A DNA stretch of 64,000 bases from Puccinia triticina (lineage: Eukaryota), in contig CP110439.1 in NCBI GenBank assembly GCA_026914245.1, positions 4,588,001 to 4,652,000 on the forward strand, given 5' to 3'. A program made the translations under genes and the position numbers. This document shows positions 37,512 through 48,033 of this stretch, one piece after another (the stretch's first letter is position 1; each line of letters starts with the position of its first letter). The notes beneath the pieces were generated by a model that was not told where the DNA came from, made no database searches, and saw only the letters and a list, made by a program, of their open reading frames with translations.

Positions 37512-38544
37512 TAGAGATGGTTTGGCCGGGTACCAGCGGTACTTGCCACCAAAAACAAAAAAGGAAATCTTCTTGATTTAATTTCTAGATTACCGGGTCC
37601 GTTCTGGTCATCAAGAGGAGTAAAGACTCCCCTTAATGACCAGAGCAAACAGTTAATCACTCCTCTCATTGAACAGTTTGCTCCAGTCATTGAGGGAGTG
37701 TTTCTCCTCTTGGTGACCAGAGCAGACCCGGTCATCAAGAGGATTACTTAATCCCCTTGATGTCTGGGTCTGCTCCAATCACCAAGAGGTAAGCACACCT
37801 CTCAATGACCGGAACCGTCCCGTTCATTGAGAGGAGTAAACACTCCCTCAATGACCAGAGTCAAGAGGATTAATTAATCACTTCGATGACCAGAACGGTC
37901 CCAATCATCAAGAGGAGTAAACACTTCCTCAATGACCAGAGGCAAGAGGATTACTTAATCCCCTTGATGACCGGGTCTGCTCCGGTCACCAAGAGGCCAA
38001 GAGGTGTGTTTACTCCTCTCGATGACCAGGATCGTTCCGGTCATCGAATAGGTGTGCTTACTCCTTTCAATGACCGGGACCGTTCCAGTGAGGTGTGTTT
38101 CCTCCTCTCAATGACCAGTACCGTTTTGGTCATCGATAGGAGTGCTTAATTGCCTTGTGTGTCAAATCCTCTTGATGACCGTGTCCGTTCCGGTCATTGA
38201 GAGGCATGTCTACTCCTCTCAATGACCGGCTCCGTTCCGGTCATCAAGAGGCGTGTCTACTCCTCTCAATGACCGGCTCCGTTCTGGTCATCAAGAGGTG
38301 CGTCTACTCCTCTCAATGACCGGAACAGACACGGTCATTGAGAGGAGTGATTGTCCCGTGAGACTCCTATAGGTGGGTTTCTGAGCGGTACCCGGAGTGG
38401 TATCTGGGTACCGGGTCAAATTTTGCCCAAAAGCAGGCACCAGGTACCGCACCCAGCACCAGCTGGCGGGTACCATCAAGAGCAATGCGGTACCCGCCAG
38501 CTGGTGCCGGGTACCGCCAAACAAGTACCCCAAGGCCATGTCTA
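37512..38544. mobile_element. hAT-like MITE with hairpin sub-repeats
   Basis: Ends TAGAGATGG / CCATGTCTA; GGTACC-rich subtermini; ATCAAGAG on both flanks (left copy offset by 5 bp). Confidence 0.65.
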
Positions 38545-39118
38545 ATCAAGAGAGATATATACAACGCCTTGGATGACTGGTTCTGTACCGGTCATCAAAG
38601 GGATATGTACAACCTCTCAATGACTGGTCTGTGCCGGTCATTGAGATGACTCAACACTCCCAATGGCCAGTACGGACCGGCCATCAAGAGTATATAAACC
38701 TCTTGATGACCGGTCTGTACTGGTCATCAACCCAATGACCGGTATCAACTAAAAGAAATGGAACAACTGAGAGCAGTCCAAGACTGTGCTATAGCCGGGA
38801 GTAAAGATTCTGGTTCTGGGTTTTCTCTATACAGTTCTGTTGAGGAGCAAGTCCAACAATATCTTAGGACTGAGGTGTGCAGCGAGGTTTCTGTGATGGA
38901 ACAAGAACTGATTAGTCTATCTGTCAGTTCAGGTCTTCTCGCCTCTAGCACATACTCTGGTCTTTTGTTTCTTGTTCTTCCTAAACCTTGCGCGTTGACC
39001 TTATTGGGTCTTGCTTCTGCTACCAAGCAAGTGTTACACTTGTCAACTGGGGTCTTTGGTTTAAGTCTGGGTCTGAGGGTCTGGGCTGTGGAAAGGGCTC
39101 GCCTTTCTTCACAGCTGG

Positions 39119-39505
39119 TTTTAACCGCGCAAGCTTTTGCCGCGGGTCTGGGTTCTGGATTTAACCGCGCAAGCTTTCGCCACGGGTCTGGGTTCTGGAT
39201 TTAACTGCGCAAGCTTTCGCCGCGGGTCTGGGTTCTGGATTTAACCGCGCAAGCTTTTGCCGCGGGTCTGGTTCTGGATTTAACCGCGCAAGCTTTCGCC
39301 GCGGGTCTGGGTTCTGGATTTAACCGCGCAAGCTTTTGCCGCGGGTCTGGGTTCTGGATTTAACCGCGCAAGCTTTTGCCGCGGGTCTGGGTTCTGGATT
39401 TAACCGCGCAAGCTTTCGCCGCGGGTCTGGGTTCTGGATTTAACCGCGCAAGCTTTCGCCGCGGGTCTGGGTGGTCTGCATTTAACCGCGCAAGCTTTCG
39501 CTGTG
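39119..39505 (+). repeat. 40-bp minisatellite, ~9.5 copies
   Basis: Unit TTAACCGCGCAAGCTTT(T/C)GCCGCGGGTCTGGGTTCTGGAT repeated head to tail without spacers. Confidence 0.95.
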
Positions 39506-41015
39506 GGTCAGCTGGGTGGTCTGGGTCTTTTTAGTCTGTATTCCTACATCAACCGGTCATTGGGAGGACTTGGCCCTCTCAATGACCAGTACTGTGCCGT
39601 TCTTTAAGAGGGCTTTATCCTCTTGATGACCGGAACATACCGGTCATTAAGAGTGTCAAGTCCCCTCAATGACCGGTGTGGTGCTCCATTCCAAACCATA
39701 AGTAGTATTTTATTGCTTTCCTTTACATATAGGGTCTTGGAAAAACGACTCCCAACTTTTGGGAAAACGACTCCCATACGTCGGCGCAACCATTTTTCGA
39801 CCAGCGCTTGACGTCGACCTAGACCCTTTTTTTGGGTACGGGCTTTTTGGGAGTCGTCGACCCAAAACAATTTTTTTTTGGGAGTCGTCGCGCTAATTTT
39901 TTGTATTATTTTTTATTATTTTTAATATGTATAACTTTTTTGTTCCACGTACTAGAGACATGAAAAATTGAGAGCACAGAGATTTATGCATAACTCGTAC
40001 CCCCTGAATTTCTTAGCAATAGTGTGTAATCAGAACATGAGATATAAAGGGTGCGCGTAGGGCTTAGTAGGAAAATGACCGCCAAGTACATAACTTTTTT
40101 GTTACACACCCAAACAGTCCAAAAATTTCAGGAAACTTTCCATGATACATATAGTTTGTGCTATCAAATTATTAGCAATATTGTGCCATTGTAGAATGAC
40201 ATATAAAGGGTGCGCAGAGGGCTTACTAGGGAAATGACCGCCAACCATATACCTTTTTTTTACACACCCAAACAGCCCAAAAATTTCATGAAACTTTCCA
40301 TGATGCATATATTTTGTGATATCAAATTATTAGCAATAGTGTGCCATTGTAGAATGACGTACAAGGGGTGCGCGGAGGGCTTAGTAGGAAAATGACCTCC
40401 AACCTTATATCTTTTTTGCTACATACCCAAACAGTCTAAAAATTTCAGGAAACTTTCAATGTAGCATATAAGGCTTGCTATGAAATTCTTAGCCATGGGG
40501 TGTAATAAAAATAGGATATATAGGGTGTGCGCGGATAAAGCCCGCTGCGCACACCCCATATCTCCTATTTTTATCACATCAAGTTGCTATGAATATCATA
40601 TCACAAATGATATGCTAAATGAAAGATTTCCTGAAATTCTTGGACTGTTTGGGTGTGTAACAAAAAAGGTATATGGTTGGCGGTCATTTCCCTAGTAAGC
40701 CCTCCGCGCACCCCTTATACGTCATTCTACAATGGCACAATATTGCTAATAATTTGATAGCACAAACTATATGTATCATGGAAAGTTTCCTCAAATTTTT
40801 GGACTGTTTGGGTGTGTAACAAAAAAGTTATCTACTTGGCGGTCATTTTCCTACTAAGCCCTACGCGCACCCTTTATATCTCATGTTCTGATTACACGCT
40901 ATTGCTAAGAAATTCAGGGGGTACGAGTTATGCATAAATCTCTGTGCTCTCAATTTTTCATGTCTCTAGTACGTGGAACAAAAAAGTTATACATATTAAA
41001 AATAATAAAAAATAA

Positions 41016-41772
41016 CGGACTTACTTCGCGCACTGCAAAAAGCTCTTCGCGCACTGTGCAGTGCGCGAAGTTGGCAAACACTTCGCGCACTGCGCGTGAA
41101 GGGCGCAACTTTTTCAAATTATTTTTTGACCAATCAATAGGCAAGCTTATTATTGTCCTCTGTGAATTTATTTGGAGTTTTTTGAAGCTTCCTTGTATGC
41201 TTAAAAATCCCACCAATAAAAAAAACAAGTACAGCCATTTGGGGACCTGGAATTCATATTCCCACAGGCCAAAAAATCCAATTAATTTATAGAATCATAT
41301 TAAACATGTATTTAAAAGTTTTAGAACTTTTTGGCCACTTTGTACAAGGACAAGGCTTTCAAAAACCAGTAACTGTTTCTCAAGATATGCCAAAATGCGC
41401 CAGTAAGTGGTGAACTTTCCTAATTTTTGAAAGCCTTATTCTTGCACAAAGTGTCCAAAAAATTCTAAAAAGTTTGAATTCATATGTATCATTATTCACT
41501 AAATTATTTGGATTTTTTGACTGGTGGGAATATGAATTCCAGGTCCCCAAATGGCTGTACTTGTTTTTTTTATTGGTGGGATTTTTAAGCATACAAGGAA
41601 GCTTCAAAAAACTCCAAATAAATTCACAGAGGACAATAATAAGCTTGCCTATTGATTGGTCAAAAAATAATTTGAAAAAGTTGCGCCCTTCACGCGCAGT
41701 GCGCGAAGTGTTGCAAACTTCGCGCACTGCACAGTGCGCGAAGAGCTTTTCGCAGTGCGCGAAGTAAGTCCG
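41016..41772. mobile_element. Foldback MITE (757 bp) nested in the right arm of 39732-42840
   Basis: TIR CGGACTTACTTCGCGCACTG (same ends as 19462-21044); 8-bp TSD AAAAATAA; long inverted arms. Confidence 0.92.
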
Positions 41773-41892
41773 AAAAATAATACAAAAAATTAGCGCGACG
41801 ACTCCCAAAAAAAAACTGTTTTGGGTCGACGACTCGCAAAAAACCCGTACCCAAAAAAAGGGTCTAGGTCGACGTCGAGCGCTGGTCGAAAG

Positions 41893-42770
41893 TAAAGATG
41901 GCAAGTGGGTACCCGTTGGCGGGTACCCGGTACCCGCCAGCGGGTACTCATTGCTCTGGCGGGTACCCGCTCCACGTGTACCAAGTACGGGTCCGGGTGC
42001 CTGTTTTTGCAACATTTTCAGGCGGGTACCCGGGTACCAGGGTTTGATACCCGCCCGCATCATATTGTTAGTACTTGAGATATCCCCGGCTGCGGCTCCA
42101 CCAGCTGGCCAAAGGGATTCATCTGGGTGAGCTGGTGTATCTGTACCATGAGCCCGCCAAGAGGGATCCCTCTGGACTAGCTGGCACATGTAAACCTGCT
42201 CGCCGAGAAGAATTACGTACACCTGCCCACCAAGAGAAATCCCTCTTGGCGAGCTAGTGCATGTACCTGCTCACCAACAGGGATTCCTCGAGGCGTAGGC
42301 GAGCTGGTATTTGTATGGAAACCCGCTCGCCGAGAGGGATTCCTCTTGGCGAGCTGGTGTGTGCATACCAGCCCGCCAAGAGGGATCACTCTCGGCAAGC
42401 TGGTATATGTATACTTGCCACGGAGAGAAATTCCCTCTCGGCGGCAGGTATACACATACCAGCTCGCCGAGGCCCAAGAGGGATCCCTCTTGGCGAGCAG
42501 GTATACAAATACAAGCTCACCGAGGCCCAAGAGGGATCCCTCTCGGCGAGCAGGTATACACATACCAGCTCGCTGAGGCCCAAAAGGGATCCCTCTTGGT
42601 AAAATACATACCTGAAAAAAAAAAAAACAGAAAGTACCCGAGGTACCCGCCAAAAAGACCCGGGTACCCGCCGCCGCGTGTCCGTACGTGTCCAGGTATC
42701 AAGAAATGGCTGAGAAAGGAGCGGGTACCCGTACCCGTCGCGGGTACCCGGGTCTACATGGCCATCTTTA
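41893..42770. mobile_element. hAT-like MITE (878 bp) nested in the right arm of 39732-42840
   Basis: TIR TAAAGATGGC / GCCATCTTTA; 8-bp TSD GTCGAAAG/GTCAAAAG; same architecture as 8841-10289. Confidence 0.88.
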
Positions 42771-43404
42771 GTCAAAAGATAGTCGCGCCGACGTATGGGA
42801 GTCGTTTTCCCAAAAGTTGGGAGTCGTTTTTCCAAGACCCTACATATATTCATCATTACATTGCCCATTCCCCCCATAACCCTTCACAAATACCTCATTA
42901 TTATTGCATATTCAGATTCTACGCCAAATTTCACCTATAGTCACTCACACATAGTACCCCTTTATCTTCAATGGTTCAATAGTTATAAAGGATATAAGAC
43001 TTACAGAAACCTTACAGTCTTCATTAGTTACATCACTCATTTCATTAGTAACTTACTTGAATCATTTCATTACATTTTTTTACAGATATATTCTCACATA
43101 CTAAACCCTTTACATACTTTACTCATTATGCACTATGCCTATTGTACACATTACATCATTGGATCTGTGCTTACCTCTTTCAGTAGTGCTCATCATTACA
43201 AGTTGTTACTATGTTCAAATCACTTTCCCCATTTGTACAACCTTCCTTCCCATAGCCAGAACTCCTCATTGTCTGTGCTCATTCTCCTTTCATATAAGAA
43301 CTGTCCTTCCCCCCTCACTTGTACCTCATGCAGAGAACTATATACAGAATTTATACTGAATTTTAGATACAGAAATTATAGTGCCCATTCTCATCAACCT
43401 ATTA

Positions 43405-43603
43405 GGGGGGTTCACAATTGAAATTTACAAAACTTTGGAGCTAAATTTAAGGCCCTTCTGAACAAAATTTTAAAAATTTGGTAAAATGCACAGCAGCATG
43501 TGTTACCGGTCAATCATTCCAATTGATCAATTTTTTGAAAAAATGTTTGTAAACACCTTAAAATGTGTCCTAAACTTTTGTGAATTTCAATTCTGAACCC
43601 CCC
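43405..43603. mobile_element. ~200-bp MITE inside the Gypsy A LTR
   Basis: GGGGGGTTCACAATTGAAATTTACAAAA / TTTTGTGAATTTCAATTCTGAACCCCCC, flanked by TA. Confidence 0.65.
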
Positions 43604-45729
43604 TATTGATATCAGTGCAGTTGCTCCTGAACCCATTGCTGTTGAACCTTTGCCATTGCATTCCCCTCTCTCATCACTGCTCCAACCCTTGCACCCTCAG
43701 TAGTCAGTAGTCAGCTCATAGTACTAGCTCCTAAGATCAAGTAGAAATCAGCCACACCTTTTATTCTTTTTTCTTAGTGTTACTCTCATCCCCTCAGCAT
43801 TAGTCAGGAAGGCAGCCTCATCAGCACCCTTGCATAGCTTACATTAGTACTAGTGTTGCTATCCATTTCCCTTCCAAGCTCTATTCTCCCCTTTGAGTAG
43901 TTCCACAAGTGGTGTCCCAACAGTGGCGTTTCTATACTTCAGATATCTTCAGTGTAAGAGCTGAGAATGCTCTTCACTGAAGCCGTTGTCGAAGGGGCAC
44001 GAGGGACTGGGCTGAAAAGCCTAAAGCTTCTAGTACCAATGTGGGGGGCTGGATTACGTTGAGCTAGCACCGGGAGAGATCATAAGGGTCCAGGATTCTC
44101 TCTGTAAGTACAACTAGAAGGAAGGGAGAAGAGGGGGAAAAGGAGAAACTCACCTAGCACCGGGAGAGATCATAAGGGTCCAGGATTCTCTACCGGGCTA
44201 GGAAGGACGTGGAGGGGGAAAGACTAAGTACTCAGGATAGATTATGTAATCCTGTGACAGGCTTTGTGAGAACCCAAAGGAGGGGGCTTACATTCAGCCT
44301 TAGTAACACTCTTACCATCAGCTACATACTACTTCACCTACACTCCTCATACTCCTCCTTTTATAAACCAACCTCCTGCTTTTAGAATCAACTTCAACCA
44401 ACAGTAACACTATCAGCACATCCATTATCAACCTTCAACACCCTTCAGATTTAAATTCAACTTACTTGCTTCAACCATGTCTGCCCAAGGATCTCCCAAC
44501 ACCAATGTTGCCCCCAGTCTTTACCCTCCAGTGGATCCTTCCAGTAATGCTGCAGCTCAGGACTCCACCCCTTCCAATGTTGGCCAGACTCAGGCTCCTC
44601 CCACTGGTCCAGATCACCAAGCTTCTTCTACTGGTCCAGGTCCTCAGGCTCTTTCCAATGCTCCAGGTCCACAGGGTTCTTCTATTCCACAGGCCAACTC
44701 CAGTTCTTGCAGACCTCCTCCTAGACCTCAGACTTCCAGTGCTCCTAGATTCACAGGATACAGCGATACCAATCAGCCATCAGATGATTCAGAAGATTTA
44801 AATGTTCCACCCGGCTTTCCCAGATTTCCGCGTCAGAGGGACCATTCAAATCACTCTACTAGGTCCAACATTCACTTCTTGAACAGAGAACCAGCCATGC
44901 CAAGGTACCAGGATCCAGTCAGCAGAGGATTCAAGATTAAACCCATGGACAAGGAGCTCTTCTTTGATGGAACCAACATGCCTGTGGAGAAGTTCATTAG
45001 AAGGTATGAAAGTGCTGGAAGAGATGATGGTGCTAACTCTAAGGAACTGGCTGGAAAAATCATTACTTTTATCAAAGGATTGGACCTAAAGGATGAAGTA
45101 GAAGACATTTCAGGCCATGAAAACTTGGATTGGGAAACCTTGAAGAAACAGCTACTCACCAGGTTTGGAACTTTGCAGCCATTGGTCAGATATACCAGGG
45201 AGGATCTCAGGAAGCTAGTCTACAAATCTGCTCAGGATGGAGGCATCAGCACCTTGGAAACCTTCAACACATTCAGAAACAAGTTTGAAACCATCACTCA
45301 CTATTTGGTAAGAATGGGGTATAGTACCAGCCTGGAGGAATTCAGACACCTTCTCTTAAAAACTCTTCACAAGGATCTGGACCAAAGGGTTACTAGGAGT
45401 CTGATGAAGGACAATCAAATGCTAGCCTCAAAGGATGGAGGTGATATCTTGCCAGACACTGAAACCCTTCTTACCTACATTCACCAGGAGGTTTACTCAA
45501 GATCAGTGGTCAATAGAAGGGCTGAATGGAGGGCAGAAGAGAAATTCACTTTGGACAACTCACCTAGGATCTCCAAACCCACACCTGCTACTCAGGGAAC
45601 TGCTCCTACTGCTTCTACTTCTTGTTGAGTTGTCTGTTAGTCTGCTACCATGATGTATCACCACAGTATGGAGGGCTGTCGGATCAACCCATGAGCACTA
45701 CCAACCAACCACCCAGCTGGCAGCCACAA

Positions 45730-45815
45730 GCGTCTGTAGCCTAGTTGGTAAAGGCAGCACTCTAGTATGTGTCTCAGCATAGCTGAGGTCGTGAGTTTGA
45801 CTCTCACCAGACACA
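45730..45815 (+). ncRNA. tRNA-like element in TRIM 5' LTR (B box mutated, GTTTGA)
   Basis: Acceptor GCGTCTG/CAGACAC; D arm GCCT-AGTTGGTAA-AGGC; T arm GTGAG-TTTGACT-CTCAC; hairpin CTCAGC-ATA-GCTGAG; anticodon arm degenerate. Confidence 0.75.
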
Positions 45816-46151
45816 TCTTCATTTTACAGTTTCTACAGGTTATGAGCCCAGAGCTACCTGAGCGCTACTCGCTTACAATAGAGACTTGATGAATTTGTGA
45901 ATGCTTACTTGTAAGACCACACAAACCCCTATAAGCCTACATCTAGATCACCGGTTCAATCCCTACACTGATCATCTTTCCCGGGTCTCATTCCCACTCT
46001 CTCTTGGGGTCAATCCCCACTTCCCATCATGTAGCAAGGGGGGGTGTTGAGTTGTCTGTTAGTCTGCTACCATGATGTATCACCACAGTATGGAGGGCTG
46101 TCGGATCAACCCATGAGCACTACCAACCAACCACCCAGCTGGCAGCCACAA

Positions 46152-46237
46152 GCGTCTGTAGCCTAGTTGGTAAAGGCAGCACTCTAGTATGTGTCTCAGC
46201 ATAGCTGAGGTCGTGAGTTCGACTCTCACCAGACACA
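46152..46237 (+). ncRNA. tRNA-like element in TRIM 3' LTR (intact A and B boxes)
   Basis: A box TAGCCTAGTTGG; B box GAGTTCGACTC; T arm GTGAG-TTCGACT-CTCAC; TTTT shortly downstream. Isotype not assignable by eye. Confidence 0.8.
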
Positions 46238-48033
46238 TCTTCATTTTACAGTTTCTACACTTCTCTGGACAAACAAGTGGAACTCCTTACTAAACAGTTT
46301 GCATCCCTCACTTCTGGAAAAGGACTACCTCCCCACATGGACAAACCTGCTAGGACCTGGCCATTCAAATGTTATTATTGCCACCAGGAGACCCATGGAA
46401 CCAACAGCTGCTCTCAATTGGCCCAGGACATTTCTAGTGGTGCTGTTACCAGGGATGGAAAGGACTACAAACTTCCAGACAAATCAGTTATTCCATGGAA
46501 TCCAAGCAGACCAATCAGAACCCCAGTGGAGGAGTACTCTAAGACTAAGCTTACATCTTCTTTTGGCTAACTAGAGGAGGACCCAACCTATTATCAATCT
46601 CACAGTTATGAAGCAGACCTTGGAAAAAGGACCAGAAGCAACTCTAAGGATCAGGATGAAGAGGAACCAGCCAAGTCAGATAAAAGGATCAGAAAGGAAA
46701 AACAGGACCTAATGGATATGGATACAGAGGACTTACTTCACATGGCCCAGCCCCCCACTCCTAGTAATTCCAAAACTCCTACTTCTAAAGGCTCCCCTCG
46801 AGTCAGATTCCAGGATAAGGACAAGGAATCAACCACTGCACCTAAGGACAAACCAGTTAAGAAGACCTATTTGGAGAAGACTTTGGCCAAGGAATACCCA
46901 GGGATTGAAGAAGAAGTGGCCAGTAGGATGTTGACTGCAGGAAAGATGGAGTTGGCCTTTGGAGAAATCTTTGCTATATCACCAGGAGTTACTGATTGTA
47001 TCAGGAAGAAAATCACTAACAGAAGGGTCCCATTGGATGGTGTCAAATCAGCAAACTTCACAGACATGGAGGATGAAGAAGAACCAGCACAGGAGTCACC
47101 TACTACTCACTATTCCTGTCCCCTTGGATATATCACCATCACTATTGGAGGAGAGAAACATCAAGCACTCTTGGATACTGGCTCTATGGTCAACATTATT
47201 CCTGAAACTCTTGCACATAAACTTGGATTGGTACTCACAGCTAAATCTATGAAGCTCAAAGGAATTGGAGGCCACCTTACTGATATTCCTGGGATTGCTG
47301 AAGATGTGGAGGTAACCATTGGGAAGGTAGTTAGGTCTGTTCATTTCTGGGTAGCCAAAGGACCAGTTCAGATGATTATTGGAAAGCCTTTCTTGATGGA
47401 TGTCTCAGCCAACATCAACTACAATGGAGCCAGAGGAGAAGCACTGTCAATCATTGATTCAGCTGGTCAGACCTTCTTGGTTCCAATCATTCTCCCTAGC
47501 AATCAGAAGTGGGAAATCAGCATACCTTCCAATTCTGGTCTGGTGAATTTTTTAGATTGAGACCAGGTTTTCAGTTCCCCTCTCTTACAGCTGCAACCCT
47601 GGAAAACAACCAAAAGCAACAAACTGTAGTCACTCATTCAGCAAAATATAAATCAACTCTAAAAAAGATAAAACCAGTAAACCAACCAATGCCATTATCT
47701 CTCAACCCTCCATTATCAAGGCCACCACTTTCTAGGGATCCTTACCTCACTCCTTTAAACCCTTTTCCTCCACCATTCATTCCTACCTCCAAGATTACCC
47801 AAGAAAGGCTGGACCTCATCAACTTTGGACCTCCTGGATGGCTCTCTCCTCAAGAATATCTCCTGCTGGTATGGGTAATTGTGATTAGACAAGGTGCTTT
47901 GGATTTTGTAGAAACAGAAAGAGGCCTTCTTAAACACACCTATGGACAAACTTATATCATTCCAGTCATTCCCCATGAACCTTGGCAACAGGAACCAATT
48001 CCAATCCCTGCATACATCAAAGACCAGGTTATA

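Larger units (their letters stand above)
39732..42840. mobile_element. Foldback DNA transposon inserted in the 5' LTR of Gypsy A
   Basis: TIR GGGTCTTGGAAAAACGACTCCC; 8-bp TSD TACATATA; the empty site is visible in the 3' LTR (58681-58700); inverted ~158-bp internal arrays. Confidence 0.92.
45623..46259 (+). mobile_element. TRIM (non-autonomous LTR element, 637 bp) with tRNA-like sequence in each LTR
   Basis: 215-bp LTRs at 45623-45837 and 46045-46259 (TG..CA, 1 mismatch); 5-bp TSD CTTCT; PBS GGTTATGAGCCC at 45838; PPT AGCAAGGGGGGG; 207-bp non-coding interior. Confidence 0.95.
44477..47560 (+). pseudogene. gag: Gypsy A gag-protease ORF, interrupted by a TRIM and a premature TAA (46568-46570)
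   Basis: ORFs 44477, 46277 and 46712 share one frame. CCHC knuckle CYYCHQETHGTNSC; aspartic protease ALLDTGSMVN...IIGKPFL. Confidence 0.88.

Noticed and set aside
39119..39505. Possible CRISPR array (also the arrays at 8990-9500 and 37600-38340)
   Set aside because: Units are contiguous with no unique spacers, there are no cas genes, and the context is eukaryotic.
42795..43421. 208-aa ORF and its 155-aa twin at 58711-59178
   Set aside because: They lie within the Gypsy A LTRs; low-complexity His/Tyr/Ile composition from CA/TA-rich DNA.
46152..46237. Functional tRNA gene (e.g. Leu-TAG)
   Set aside because: The anticodon arm does not pair canonically, the acceptor stem has a mismatch, and both copies are parts of LTRs. 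Reported as tRNA-like only.
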